From positions 32,001 to 96,000 of IMG/VR virus record IMGVR_UViG_3300045988_165036: a DNA stretch of 64,000 nt; one strand, given 5' to 3'. Positions 38,039-48,210 of this stretch are shown one piece after another. The stretch is from a virus. The notes beneath the pieces were generated by a model that was given only the letters and a program-made list of their open reading frames with translations, was not told the origin of the DNA and did no database searches. The position numbers and the translations under genes were made by a program. Each line of letters begins with the position of its first letter. The first letter of the stretch is position 1.

Positions 38039-39286
38039 TTGGTGTATGTGTTAAACAAACAAAGTAATCCCTTGATGCCTTGTAAAGAAGCAAAAGCAAG
38101 AAAATTGCTAAAACAAAATAAAGCTATTATAGTAAAATATGAGCCATTTACAATTCAATTGACTTTTGAGTGTGAAAATCAAACGCAAGAAATTTCTCTC
38201 GGAGTTGATGCTGGAAGTAAACACATTGGCATTTCTGCAACAACAGAGAAACAAGTTTTGTATGAAGCAGACGTTGAATTAAGAAACGATATCGTAGATA
38301 AACTCTCTTCTCGTAGAGAAGCAAGAAGAACGAGAAGAAACAGATTGAGATATCGTCCCACAAGATTCAACAATCGAGTTCATTCAAAACACAAAGGTTG
38401 GCTTGCTCCAAGCATCGAGCAGAAAATCAATTCGCATATTCAGGCAATCAAAAGACTTCATCAAATTCTTCCGATTTCAAAAATTATTGTGGAAACGGCG
38501 CAGTTTGATATTCAAAAAATTCAGAATCCAGATATTGAAGGAGAACAATATCAACAAGGTGATCAAATGGGGTTTTGGAATGTACGTGAATATGTGCTTT
38601 TCAGAGATGATCACAAGTGTCAGTATTGTAAAGGAAAATCTAAAGACAATCGATTAAATGTTCATCATATTGAGGGTCGTAAGACGGGCGGAAACGCTCC
38701 GAATAATTTAATTACGTTGTGCGAAACCTGCCATAATGATTATCATCAAGGGAAAATTCAGCTAAATATTAAGCGCGGAAAGAGCTTTCGAGATGCGACA
38801 TTTATGGGCATTATGAGAAAGACATTGTTGTTGAGATTAAGGGAAATATATCCGAATGTTCAAGAAACTTTTGGTTATATTACGAAGAACACCAGAATTG
38901 AAAATAGTCTTCCGAAAGAACATTATATAGACGCAAGATGTATTAGTGGAAATCCTTTAGCAAAACCGTTAGGATATTATCTTTATTAAAAATGTGTTAG
39001 AAGACAAAATCGTAAAATGACGAAAGATAATTTTATCAGAGGTGGAGTTAAAAAAAGTAATCAGTTAGTTGGCGATGTCTTCGGATTTGGGTTATTTGAT
39101 ACGGTTGAATATCAAAAGAAGAAGTATTTTGTGTTTGGTAAACGAAAATCTGGATTTCTGGACATTAGAACACTTGATGGAGAAAAAGCTAACAACGGCT
39201 CTATAAGCTACAAAAAACTAAAATTAATTCAAAAGAATAATAATATATTAACAGAAAGGAGTTTGTCAATTCCTACGCAACCATAA
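38039..39286 (+). CDS. iscB: IscB RNA-guided nuclease with one in-frame TAA (38987-38989)
   Basis: PLMP (QSNPLMPCKEAKARKLL), RuvC-I (GVDAGSKHIGISA), bridge helix (RREARRTRRNRLRYRPTRFNNR), RuvC-II (IIVETAQ), HNH (CQYCKG..VHHIEG..NLITLCETCHND), RuvC-III (HYIDARCI). After ..GYYLY-TAA the same frame continues KCVRRQNRKMTKD... (TID-like) to 39286. Confidence 0.85.
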
Positions 39287-39316
39287 AGGGATTGCTGTTT
39301 CTTTGGCAATAGTATT

Positions 39317-39481
39317 ATGAACGAGGCGGTCAAAGTTGGGTTTTATCCAAAAGATTTGTTTATACTTTTAGCGAAGAACCGGCTTGTGGCAGATTGGCAA
39401 ATTCAGAATCAAAAGAACGCAAGAAAGTTTCATAGTTATTTTTGGGTCTTCGAAAAGTCTGACAAAAAAATAGAATATTAA
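39317..39481 (+). CDS. small hypothetical ORF (54 aa)
   Basis: ATG 39317 to TAA 39481. No motif and no strong SD. Confidence 0.3.
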   Translation: MNEAVKVGFYPKDLFILLAKNRLVADWQIQNQKNARKFHSYFWVFEKSDKKIEY

Positions 39482-39488
39482 TTTTTGC

Positions 39489-39515
39489 AAAACCTCTTGA
39501 CAAACAGGAGGTTTT
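39489..39515 (+). terminator. terminator-like hairpin whose loop carries the -35 box
   Basis: aaaacctc (39489-39496) pairs with gaggtttt (39508-39515). The loop contains TTGACA. Confidence 0.45.
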
Positions 39516-39525
39516 GCGCTATAAT
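39497..39525 (+). promoter_or_regulatory. sigma70/sigmaA-type promoter
   Basis: TTGACA 39497-39502, 17-bp spacer, TATAAT 39520-39525. Confidence 0.75.
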
Positions 39526-39613
39526 AATAGTAGAAATGAAAGATTGGCTTTATTTACAAAGGATTTTTGAAAAGGAGAGAAAAAAATGACTATTGTTGAC
39601 TTTTATAAGAAAG

Positions 39614-40801
39614 GTGAAAGCGATTATAAAAACAATTCGAGTAATGTTGCTTCCAAACAACAAACAGCAAACTAAATTATTTCAATATGCCAATACTGCT
39701 CGTTTTGCTTATAACTGGGCAATAGGAAGAGAACAAGAAAATTATAAGAATGGTGGAAAATTTATATCTGATGGAGACTTACGAAAAGAGTTTACACAAT
39801 TAAAGAAAACTTCTGAATATGCGTGGCTAAACAATGTTTCTAACAATGTAACAAAGCAAGCAATTAAAGATGCTTGTGAGGCGTACAAAAATTTCTTTAA
39901 GGGAATTACAAAGTCCCCACGATTTAAGAGTAAGAAATATTCAATGCCGAAATTCTACCAAGATAATGTAAGAATTCAGTTTACAGACACACATGTAAAG
40001 ATTGAGGGTTTTGCTACGTCTAAGAAAAAGAATAAGCAAAGACTTAACTGGATAAGACTTGCCGAACGCGGAAGAACACCTATTGGAAATACAAAGTATA
40101 TGAATCCACGCATTAAATATGATGGACTTAATTGGTATATCACAGTTGGAATTGAATACGAAAATTCTACCGCTCCTCCAACCAACGAAGGTGTTGGAAT
40201 CGATTTAGGCATTAAAGATTTGGCAATATGTTCTGACAAGAACAAGTATCAGAATATAAACAAAACCCAAAGAGTTAAGAAGTTAGAAAAAAGAAAGCGC
40301 AGGCTACAACGTTCCATATCAAGAAAATATGAGAATAATAAGAAAGGAGAGCGTTACTGCAAAACAAGCAATATTATAAAAAGTGAAAAAGAACTTTTAA
40401 AATTGAATCACAGACTAACGAATATTCGTCAGAACTACCTACATCAAACAACATCTGAAATTGTAAAACGAAAACCAAGTTTTATCTGTATGGAAGATTT
40501 GAATGTGAGTGGAATGATGAAGAATAAACATTTGTCTAAAGCAGTTCAGCAACAAGGGTTTTATGAATTTAGGAGACAGATTGAATATAAGTCTGAGTGG
40601 AATAACATTCCAGTAATTATAGCAGATAGATTCTTCCCGAGTTCTAAGTTATGTAGTTGTTGTGGAAATATCAAAAAGGATTTGAAACTTAGCGACCGCA
40701 TTTACAAGTGTGAATGTGGAAATATCATAGATAGAGATTATCAAGCAAGTCTAAATCTGAAAAGACATGGAGAAATGTTATTAGAACAATCTGCATTATA
40801 A
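39614..40801 (+). CDS. tnpB: TnpB RNA-guided nuclease (IS200/IS605 OrfB family)
   Basis: RuvC triad contexts GIDLGIKD / CMEDLN / IDRDYQASLN. Zn-ribbon CSCCG..CECG. N-terminus IRVMLLPNNKQQTKLFQ. GTG 39614 chosen as start (the longest ORF starts at TTG 39593). Confidence 0.9.
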   Translation: MKAIIKTIRVMLLPNNKQQTKLFQYANTARFAYNWAIGREQENYKNGGKFISDGDLRKEFTQLKKTSEYAWLNNVSNNVTKQAIKDACEAYKNFFKGITKSPRFKSKKYSMPKFYQDNVRIQFTDTHVKIEGFATSKKKNKQRLNWIRLAERGRTPIGNTKYMNPRIKYDGLNWYITVGIEYENSTAPPTNEGVGIDLGIKDLAICSDKNKYQNINKTQRVKKLEKRKRRLQRSISRKYENNKKGERYCKTSNIIKSEKELLKLNHRLTNIRQNYLHQTTSEIVKRKPSFICMEDLNVSGMMKNKHLSKAVQQQGFYEFRRQIEYKSEWNNIPVIIADRFFPSSKLCSCCGNIKKDLKLSDRIYKCECGNIIDRDYQASLNLKRHGEMLLEQSAL

Positions 40802-40975
40802 CACTTTCAAGTTAATGCAGATATGTACTGGCACGTTAGTCAGGAATTTACGCCTATAGAGTGTACAAGAACTTGTGAGTAGTATATCAGAAATGATTAC
40901 AAAAGCATATACGATGAAATAGGAATGAAACATAAAAGTTTATAACTTTTTATAAGTTTTCAGTAACGGAAGCCA
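40700..40975 (+). ncRNA. candidate TnpB omegaRNA/reRNA (locus 1); boundaries approximate
   Basis: By the known architecture, the omegaRNA overlaps the tnpB 3' end and the right end of the element. Perfect 10-bp hairpin atctgcatta/taatgcagat spans the stop codon. A ~175-nt non-coding tail runs up to the primase start. Confidence 0.45.
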
Positions 40976-40977
40976 CG

Positions 40978-41988
40978 ATGCTCACAGATGTTAAACAAAT
41001 GTTAATAGAAAACCCAGAGCACATCGTGGAATTGCTCGAAAGGTTTGAGTTCTGCCACATCCATCTCAAACGAACAGAAATTCGGTTTGCCCGTAACGAA
41101 GAAGGTGGTCAGAACATCTCAATTCGGCTCGAAGATAATCCTTCAATTTATGTTAAAGATTTCGTAACAAATGAGAACGGCGACATTATCGCGTATATAA
41201 TGAAAAGTCGTTCGGTGAAGTTTGTCGAAGTCTTGTCGGAAATCAAGAGCGTTCTCGGGCTTGGAGACGATTGGGAGCCCCCAAAGCGCGATATGTTGTT
41301 CGGTGGATTTTATGACCGAATTGGAGAGGATAGACATATTGAGATTACGACGTATCCCGAATCGATTATGGACCAATATGTCGATAAGGGAAATCGGCGC
41401 TGGCTCGATGATAACATTTCACTTGCGGTTCAGCACGAGTTCGGGGTCAGATTTGACCCGATAGAAGACCTGATTGTGTTTCCGTGGAGGTCGCCCGTCG
41501 GAGGAGAGATTATCGCAGTAAAAGCTCGCGTTAATCACCCGTTGGAAGATGGTCAACAGAAATATTGGTATGTTTACAAGGGCGCCGTCAGTAATTCTCT
41601 TTATGGTATTATGGAGAATTATAGCGGACTGTTTGGAAACGAAATTTGTGTTGTTGAAAGCGAAAAAGCCGTCCAGCAACTGGCGACAATGGGATATCGA
41701 AACACAGTGGCTCTTGGGTCGAGCAATTTGTCAGAGGAGCAGGCTCGGCTAATTATGACGCTTTCTCCGACTTCCGTTGTGTTCTTGTTGGACGAAGGAC
41801 TGGAAAAGGAACACACGATGAAAAATGTGGAAACATTGCGTCAGTATTGCGTATTAAGAGATTTGCCGATTCGTTGGTGGAATTGGACGAAAAGCTCGGT
41901 TGTTGATGGGAGCGGGAAGAATAGTCCGACCGATTTGGGGAAAGAGAGGTTTGACAAGGTTATGAGAGAGGAGCTAGAAGTGATTTAA
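40978..41988 (+). CDS. TOPRIM-domain DNA primase
   Basis: VVESEKAVQQLATMGY (TOPRIM Glu) and VVFLLDEGLE (DxD-like). Lies upstream of the polymerase. Confidence 0.6.
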   Translation: MLTDVKQMLIENPEHIVELLERFEFCHIHLKRTEIRFARNEEGGQNISIRLEDNPSIYVKDFVTNENGDIIAYIMKSRSVKFVEVLSEIKSVLGLGDDWEPPKRDMLFGGFYDRIGEDRHIEITTYPESIMDQYVDKGNRRWLDDNISLAVQHEFGVRFDPIEDLIVFPWRSPVGGEIIAVKARVNHPLEDGQQKYWYVYKGAVSNSLYGIMENYSGLFGNEICVVESEKAVQQLATMGYRNTVALGSSNLSEEQARLIMTLSPTSVVFLLDEGLEKEHTMKNVETLRQYCVLRDLPIRWWNWTKSSVVDGSGKNSPTDLGKERFDKVMREELEVI

Positions 41989-42947
41989 TGGGCGCATTTA
42001 AAGATATAACTGGACAGCAATTCGGAGACTTCATCATCGACTCTTTTGACCCGACAAAAGGTAAGTATAAATATTATTGGAATTGTCATTGTGTAAAATG
42101 TGGTTATAAAAAATCAGTAGAAGGAAGCAGTATTAGAGCCGGAAATAGTACAAGATGTATTTGTGATAAGTCTTTTGGACGAAGAGAAAGTCTCGGATAC
42201 GAAAAAGATATATCTGGAAAAGTTTATGGTGGTTTAACTGTTTTGGGCTATTGCGACACGAAAAGCACACGTTCAAGATGGCTGTGTAAATGCAATTGTG
42301 GGAACGAGGAAGTTTTTAGTATTTCACAATTAAAAAGAAGAAAAAATCTGATGTGTTCCCAATGTGTGGAAAAATATAAAGATATAAGAAATGTGATTTC
42401 AGAAGAAAATTTAGACTCTAATGGGATTCCAATAAATATTGTTCAATCTACTCAAAGAAAACAAAACAAATATGAAATTCAAAACGATGAGACTATTATC
42501 AACGATAAAATTATTGTAGATAGTAAGTTTATGGATTGTTTGAAATCATTCGATAGATACATTAGTATAGACAGCCGTGGATATGCATATTTTTCATATT
42601 GTGGTCAAGATGTATATTTACACAGACTTTTGACAAACACCTCATTATTTTTCGATACGAATGGCAAAGACATAGAAATAATCGATCATATAAACAGAAA
42701 TAGATGCGATAACAGAATTGAAAATTTAAGAACGATTAAAAAATCTGAAAACTCCATCAATTGTTCAGTATATTCAAATAATAAAAGTGGGTATAAAGGT
42801 ATTTCTTGGCTTGAAAGATTACAAAAATGGCAAGTGAACATTCAATACAGAAAGATAAATTATTATGTTGGCGTGTTTGAAAATATTGATGATGCAATTT
42901 TAGCAAGAAAACGAGCAGAAATGGATTTATTTGGAAAGGTGAATTAA
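41988..42947 (+). CDS. HNH-AP2 homing endonuclease (free-standing)
   Basis: IDHINRNRCDNRIENLR (HNH_3-type) and SGYKGISWLERLQKWQVNIQYRKINYYVGVF (AP2-type). N-terminal Cys-rich repeats. Confidence 0.8.
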   Translation: MGAFKDITGQQFGDFIIDSFDPTKGKYKYYWNCHCVKCGYKKSVEGSSIRAGNSTRCICDKSFGRRESLGYEKDISGKVYGGLTVLGYCDTKSTRSRWLCKCNCGNEEVFSISQLKRRKNLMCSQCVEKYKDIRNVISEENLDSNGIPINIVQSTQRKQNKYEIQNDETIINDKIIVDSKFMDCLKSFDRYISIDSRGYAYFSYCGQDVYLHRLLTNTSLFFDTNGKDIEIIDHINRNRCDNRIENLRTIKKSENSINCSVYSNNKSGYKGISWLERLQKWQVNIQYRKINYYVGVFENIDDAILARKRAEMDLFGKVN

Positions 42948-42949
42948 AA

Positions 42950-45900
42950 ATGCAAAATCTTCATCGGCATACTTCGTATTCAAATGTTTGTATTGCAGAT
43001 TCTGCGGCAACAAATGAACAATATGCCAAAAGAGCGGTAGAATTGGGTCACAAAGTAATTAGTAGCGTCGAGCACGGGTGGCAGGGATATTATTATCAAT
43101 GTTATGAACTTGCTCAAAAATATAATCTCAAATTTGTTTTTGGAGCAGAGGCATATTGGGTAAAAGACAGGAAAAAAGAATATGAAGAAATTGATCCATT
43201 GACAGGAGAACCGTTAAAAAATAAAGACGGAACAATAAAGGCGCATAAAGATAACTCTAATTGTCATATATTACTTCTTGCAAAAACAGAAATCGGAAGA
43301 CGCGCCATCAACAAAATTCTTTCAGAGGCAAACGAAACGGGGTATTATTTTAGACCCCGTGTCGATCTCGAACTTCTTCTTTCCCTCCCTCCTGACGATG
43401 TGGTCGTAACAACTGCTTGTGTGGCATATTGGAAATATGAAGATATCGAAGATATTACTCTTCGGTTGTGGAAACATTTTGGAAAAAACTTTTATCTGGA
43501 GATCCAAGCGCATAAAACAGAACAACAGAGAGAAATCTCCCGTAGAATTCTTTCCTTGTCGCGAAGATATGGAATTGAAATGATTGTTGGTCTTGACAGT
43601 CATTACATTTATCCGGAACAGGCACAGGAGAGAGAATATATTCTTGAAGCAAAAGACGTCCATTATAAAGACGAAGAGGGGTGGTATATGGACTATCCCG
43701 ACGACGAAGAGGTTATGAGACGTTTTATGGAGCAAGGAGTTTTTACAAGGGAACAGGTTCAAAGAGCGATGGATAACACGGACATCTCTCTAACGTTTGA
43801 TGATTATGCAAAAGACAATCCTGTTTTCAGCAAAGATATTAAACTTCCTACTCTTTATCCGAATCTTTCACAAGAAGAAAGAAACAAAAAATATAGTGTT
43901 CTGATTAGTAAGCTTTTTAGAGAGTATGCAGAGAAACATCACATTACGGGAGAAGAGTATAAGAGATATCTTGAAGGAATCAAAATGGAAGTTCAGACGG
44001 TTAAAGATACCGGAATGGCCGATTACTTCCTTCTCGACTATGAAATCGTCAAAAGAGCGATTGAAAAAGGGGGCGTTTTGACAGACAGTGGAAGAGGATG
44101 TTTTACGTCTGACGCAATGGCTTTAACGATGGGCGGAATCAAACATATTAACGAAGTTAAAGTTGGAGATTTTGTAATAGATCAAAACGGAAATCCGCAA
44201 AAAGTTGTTAACACAATGGAATATGATTGCGATGAGGAAATAGTTCAACTTCTTTATGCATATGGACCAAATACTCATAATCCATTGATTTGCACAAAAG
44301 ATCACAAGATCTTGATTCATAGAAACGGGCAAAATTCTTGGATTGAAGCCGGGAAAATTCAGCAAGGAGACTATGTTTGTTCTCCGAAAATTCATTTCGA
44401 AAATCGAGCACCTGAATATATTGATTTAAATGATTATAATGTTTTTGGGTATGATTTTGACGACGAATACATTTACGAATATCGTCCAGCTGCAAATGGT
44501 GTTGTTGAATTTAACTCCATTGATGTTTCTAAACACATTGGATGTTCCAAGCCGTGGGTTTTGCAAGTCGTTAAAAATCCTAATCGCACGAAGTTTAAGC
44601 ATCCCGAATATGTGGACAGATTATTGAAATATACCGGATTTAGTTCTCTTCAAGAATATAGGGATTATTTAAAAAACTCTCATGTTATCAAGATTAAGAG
44701 ATTTATAAAAAACGACGAGCTGTTCAACACGTGGATTGGTATGATGTATGGCGATGGATGGGTTCGCGGCGCGAAAGAATCTACAGAGGTTGGAATGGCG
44801 TTTTCTACCTATGGACACAAACAGTCTTACAACAGAGAGATTTGTATTAAAATGATCGAACGTTTTGGTGCTCCGTATAATTGTGCCATCCATAAAACAA
44901 AACAATTGGAACAAATTATTATGAAGAGCCGCATCGTTAATGAATTTTGTAAAAATTTTCTATTCACAAGTAAGAAGGGAAAGGCAAAAATCTTTAATCA
45001 AGATTTATTTTATCAATCCGAAAATAACTTAAGCGCGCTATTAAACGGTTTAACGATTACTGATGGGAGCATGGGAAAAGAAAAAAGAAGAGACAGCTTT
45101 GACAACACGTCTCAAAGCATTGTTGGAGCATATAAAATTTTAGTGTCGGCAGTCTCTCCTTGCCCCACAAGTCTGCTTGTCAGAAACGCATACGAAGATA
45201 GTAGAGGATATCATTCTCAGACTGGTTATAAAATAAGAGTTATGAAAGATACGGACACTCATGTGCTTTCGGCGTATAGAACTCTTTCTGACAACAACTA
45301 TGTTTATCTTCCTGTTTCTCAAATTAAGGCAATTGAGAAAAGCAAACGAAAAGTATATGACATTACCGTTGAAAATTCCCACAGTTATGTATTAGATAGC
45401 ATAGTTGTTCATAATTCATCAGTTGGATATTTCACAAACACTCTTCTTGGTTTTTCAAAAGTCGATAGATTTCAAAGTCCGATAACTCTTTATCCTGAAC
45501 GATTTATTAGTAAAACAAGAATTCTAGAAACCCATTCTCTTCCAGATATTGATATGAACTGGGGAACCCCCGAAATTGCAGAAGAAGCACAGAAAGAAAT
45601 TCTTGGAGACGACCACGCAATTCCAATGATCGCCTTCGGAACCTGTAAAAAGAAGTCGGCGTTTAAATTGTTCGCTCGTTCTCAAAATATGGATTTCGAA
45701 CTGGCAAACACCATCTCTTCGCAAATTGCAGATTATGAAGAAGCAGTTAAAAACGCAGAAGATGATGATAAAGATCAGATTGATATTTATGATTTTGTAG
45801 ATAAAAAATATTCCAACTATATTGAACAGAGCAAAAAGTATTGGGGCATTATTATGGATAAGAAGAAAGCTCCTTGTGCCTTTCTTCTTTATCAAGGCAA

Positions 45901-47554
45901 TATCCGAGAAGAAATTGGTCTGATTAAATGTAAGTCGGAATCAACAGGAAAAGAATTTTTAACAGCCGTTGTAGACGGAGCGATTGCAGAAAATTATAAA
46001 TTTCTAAAAAACGATATTCTTTGTGTAAGTATTGTTCTTTTGGTTGATAAGATTTATCGTAGAATTGGAATTCCGCACAAAACGGTTGAAGAACTGAAAG
46101 ATTTCGTTAAAAACGATCCAAAAACTTGGGACATTTATAAAAACGGATATACTCTTGGGGTTAATCAGTGTGAGCAAGTAAGTTCTGCAAAGAAAATGAT
46201 GCGCTTTCAAGCAAAAAACATTTCAGAACTTTCGGCGTGGATTGCCGCAATTCGCCCTGCTTTCAAGTCGATGTACTCCAAGTTTGAATCGAGGGAATCT
46301 TTTAGTTATGGAATTCCTGCCTTTGACAAACTCCTACAGACAGAAGAACTTCCGCAGTCGTGGATTTTGTATCAGGAGCAGTCGATGTCTGTTCTTTCGT
46401 ATGCAGGATTTCCGATGGATGAATGTTATGGAATCATAAAGGCAATTGCTAAAAAACACCCCGAAAAGGTTCGTCCGTTGAAGGATAGATTTATCGAAGG
46501 ATTCAAAAAGAGGATTGTTACAGAGGAAGGAATTGAAGAAACTCAAGCGCAGGAAATGAGCGAACGGGTTTGGCAAATCATCAACGACTCTTGCGGGTAC
46601 GGTTTCAATTCTGCTCACGCATATTGTATGGCAATCGATAGTCTTTCTTGCGCAATGTTGAAAGCGAATTATCCATACGAATTTTATGAGGTGCTTTTAC
46701 AGTTCCATTCAGATAGAGGAGAAAAAGATAAGGTTGGCGCTCTAAAAGCGGAAATGAAAAAGGCTTTTGGAATTCAAGAAGGTCCATATCGATTTGGAGA
46801 AGATAACCGAAAGTTTAATGCAATTCCGGAAAGAGGAATTATTCAACCGTCTCTCTTGTCAATTAAGGGATTGAGTCAGGATTTGGCAAACGACCTTTAT
46901 GAACTTTCTAAAACAAAACGATTCGATAATTTTATAGACCTGTTGAGAGAATTCGATCATATGAAATCAATGAATGTTGCGAAGTTGGATACATTGATTA
47001 AACTCAATTATTTCTCGCAATTCGCACCTATTGGAAAACTTCTGAACATTGTCGAGCTCTATAATAAGTTCGGAACCAGCAAAACACTCAAAGAATCTGA
47101 CGTTTTGTCTCTTCCAACGCCTATTCAAGAAGTTATTGCAAAATATACCGTTAAACCGAAAACACAGTATAAAATCACAGATAGCGACGGAATGCTCCGG
47201 GAACTCGCGGGGTTGGTTGGAGAACGCCCGATTACGATGATGATGCGGCTGGAATGGGAGCAACAGTATTTGGGTTATTGCGCTTCTACCGACCCATCGC
47301 AACAGGGAAGTTGGTTAGTTCTGGACGCCGATACTAAATATTCTCCGAAGTTGACAATTTTTTCTATTTGGAGTGGAGAACAGCGTGTTGTTAAAGTCTC
47401 GAAGCGCGACTTCCAATCCAATCCTCTCACCAAAGGTGATACAATTCGTCTGACTATCGAACAACGTCCGAAGGCGAAGCTCGTAGATGGACAGTGGGTT
47501 AAGGACGAAAACGTTAAAGAAGATTGGCTAAAATATTATTCAATTGTAAAGTAA
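42950..47554 (+). CDS. dnaE: DNA polymerase III alpha (DnaE-type) precursor containing an intein
   Basis: PHP domain (NLHRHTSYSN...SSVEHGW). Pol III core SGRG/SSVGYFTNTLLGFSKVD is split by the intein. 1534-aa ORF. Confidence 0.9.
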   Translation: MQNLHRHTSYSNVCIADSAATNEQYAKRAVELGHKVISSVEHGWQGYYYQCYELAQKYNLKFVFGAEAYWVKDRKKEYEEIDPLTGEPLKNKDGTIKAHKDNSNCHILLLAKTEIGRRAINKILSEANETGYYFRPRVDLELLLSLPPDDVVVTTACVAYWKYEDIEDITLRLWKHFGKNFYLEIQAHKTEQQREISRRILSLSRRYGIEMIVGLDSHYIYPEQAQEREYILEAKDVHYKDEEGWYMDYPDDEEVMRRFMEQGVFTREQVQRAMDNTDISLTFDDYAKDNPVFSKDIKLPTLYPNLSQEERNKKYSVLISKLFREYAEKHHITGEEYKRYLEGIKMEVQTVKDTGMADYFLLDYEIVKRAIEKGGVLTDSGRGCFTSDAMALTMGGIKHINEVKVGDFVIDQNGNPQKVVNTMEYDCDEEIVQLLYAYGPNTHNPLICTKDHKILIHRNGQNSWIEAGKIQQGDYVCSPKIHFENRAPEYIDLNDYNVFGYDFDDEYIYEYRPAANGVVEFNSIDVSKHIGCSKPWVLQVVKNPNRTKFKHPEYVDRLLKYTGFSSLQEYRDYLKNSHVIKIKRFIKNDELFNTWIGMMYGDGWVRGAKESTEVGMAFSTYGHKQSYNREICIKMIERFGAPYNCAIHKTKQLEQIIMKSRIVNEFCKNFLFTSKKGKAKIFNQDLFYQSENNLSALLNGLTITDGSMGKEKRRDSFDNTSQSIVGAYKILVSAVSPCPTSLLVRNAYEDSRGYHSQTGYKIRVMKDTDTHVLSAYRTLSDNNYVYLPVSQIKAIEKSKRKVYDITVENSHSYVLDSIVVHNSSVGYFTNTLLGFSKVDRFQSPITLYPERFISKTRILETHSLPDIDMNWGTPEIAEEAQKEILGDDHAIPMIAFGTCKKKSAFKLFARSQNMDFELANTISSQIADYEEAVKNAEDDDKDQIDIYDFVDKKYSNYIEQSKKYWGIIMDKKKAPCAFLLYQGNIREEIGLIKCKSESTGKEFLTAVVDGAIAENYKFLKNDILCVSIVLLVDKIYRRIGIPHKTVEELKDFVKNDPKTWDIYKNGYTLGVNQCEQVSSAKKMMRFQAKNISELSAWIAAIRPAFKSMYSKFESRESFSYGIPAFDKLLQTEELPQSWILYQEQSMSVLSYAGFPMDECYGIIKAIAKKHPEKVRPLKDRFIEGFKKRIVTEEGIEETQAQEMSERVWQIINDSCGYGFNSAHAYCMAIDSLSCAMLKANYPYEFYEVLLQFHSDRGEKDKVGALKAEMKKAFGIQEGPYRFGEDNRKFNAIPERGIIQPSLLSIKGLSQDLANDLYELSKTKRFDNFIDLLREFDHMKSMNVAKLDTLIKLNYFSQFAPIGKLLNIVELYNKFGTSKTLKESDVLSLPTPIQEVIAKYTVKPKTQYKITDSDGMLRELAGLVGERPITMMMRLEWEQQYLGYCASTDPSQQGSWLVLDADTKYSPKLTIFSIWSGEQRVVKVSKRDFQSNPLTKGDTIRLTIEQRPKAKLVDGQWVKDENVKEDWLKYYSIVK
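44099..45415 (+). mobile_element. intein with LAGLIDADG homing endonuclease domain (439 aa)
   Basis: Starts with Cys right after SGRG (CFTSDAMALTMGG). Block B TKDHKIL. LAGLIDADG motifs WIGMMYGDGW and LLNGLTITDGS. Ends VVHN, followed by Ser +1. Confidence 0.85.
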
Positions 47555-47710
47555 AGGAGAAAAGTTTATGAATGATTCACTAAAGTGGAATAGGAGGGCG
47601 AGCAATGGAGCAGGTACATTAACGCGGACACTTTTCAAAAGTTTCTCGAAGACAAAATTGAAGAAGCAAAACTTGACGAGGAGAACAGTTGCGGGGATGT
47701 ATGCTACGAT

Positions 47711-47932
47711 ATGGCAGTCGAGGCAATAGAGTGTGCCTTTAGAGAGATATTGTCGGAATTAAAAAACGAGCCAACCGCCGACGTAGAAGAAATTAAACAC
47801 GCTAAATGGGAAATGATCGGCAATTATAAGGTCGAATGTACAAATTGTCATCACATTAGAGACATCAAAACACAATGCGGTTGGAATTTCTGCCCAGCTT
47901 GCGGCGCGAAGATGATGGAGGAAGAAAAATGA
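47711..47932 (+). CDS. small Zn-ribbon protein (HAKW...CxxC...CPACGAKM family)
   Basis: 73-aa ORF. A better start (SD aggaggg plus ATG 47605) lies upstream in the -1 frame relative to this ORF; see findings. Confidence 0.55.
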   Translation: MAVEAIECAFREILSELKNEPTADVEEIKHAKWEMIGNYKVECTNCHHIRDIKTQCGWNFCPACGAKMMEEEK

Positions 47933-48210
47933 CAAACAAAGAAGCGATAAAATGTATTGAGAAACACAATGAACACCACAGCAAAAGCGAGCCATTCGCA
48001 GTCTATATAACGGAGGCATTAGCAATGGGGGTTGAAGCTCTCGAAAAACAGATTCCGAAAAAACCAAAACCAGACAAGGAATACCTTCTTGACAGAGTAT
48101 GCCCCAGATGCGGTTGTTATCTTGGAAATGTGCAATTTGTACCGAATAATTATCTTTATTGTCAACGGTGCGGTCAAGCGTTAGATTTGAGTGAAGAAAA
48201 TGAGAAATAA
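47929..48210 (+). CDS. small Zn-ribbon protein
   Basis: CPRCG...CQRCG. ATG overlaps the upstream stop. Confidence 0.55.
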   Translation: MTNKEAIKCIEKHNEHHSKSEPFAVYITEALAMGVEALEKQIPKKPKPDKEYLLDRVCPRCGCYLGNVQFVPNNYLYCQRCGQALDLSEENEK

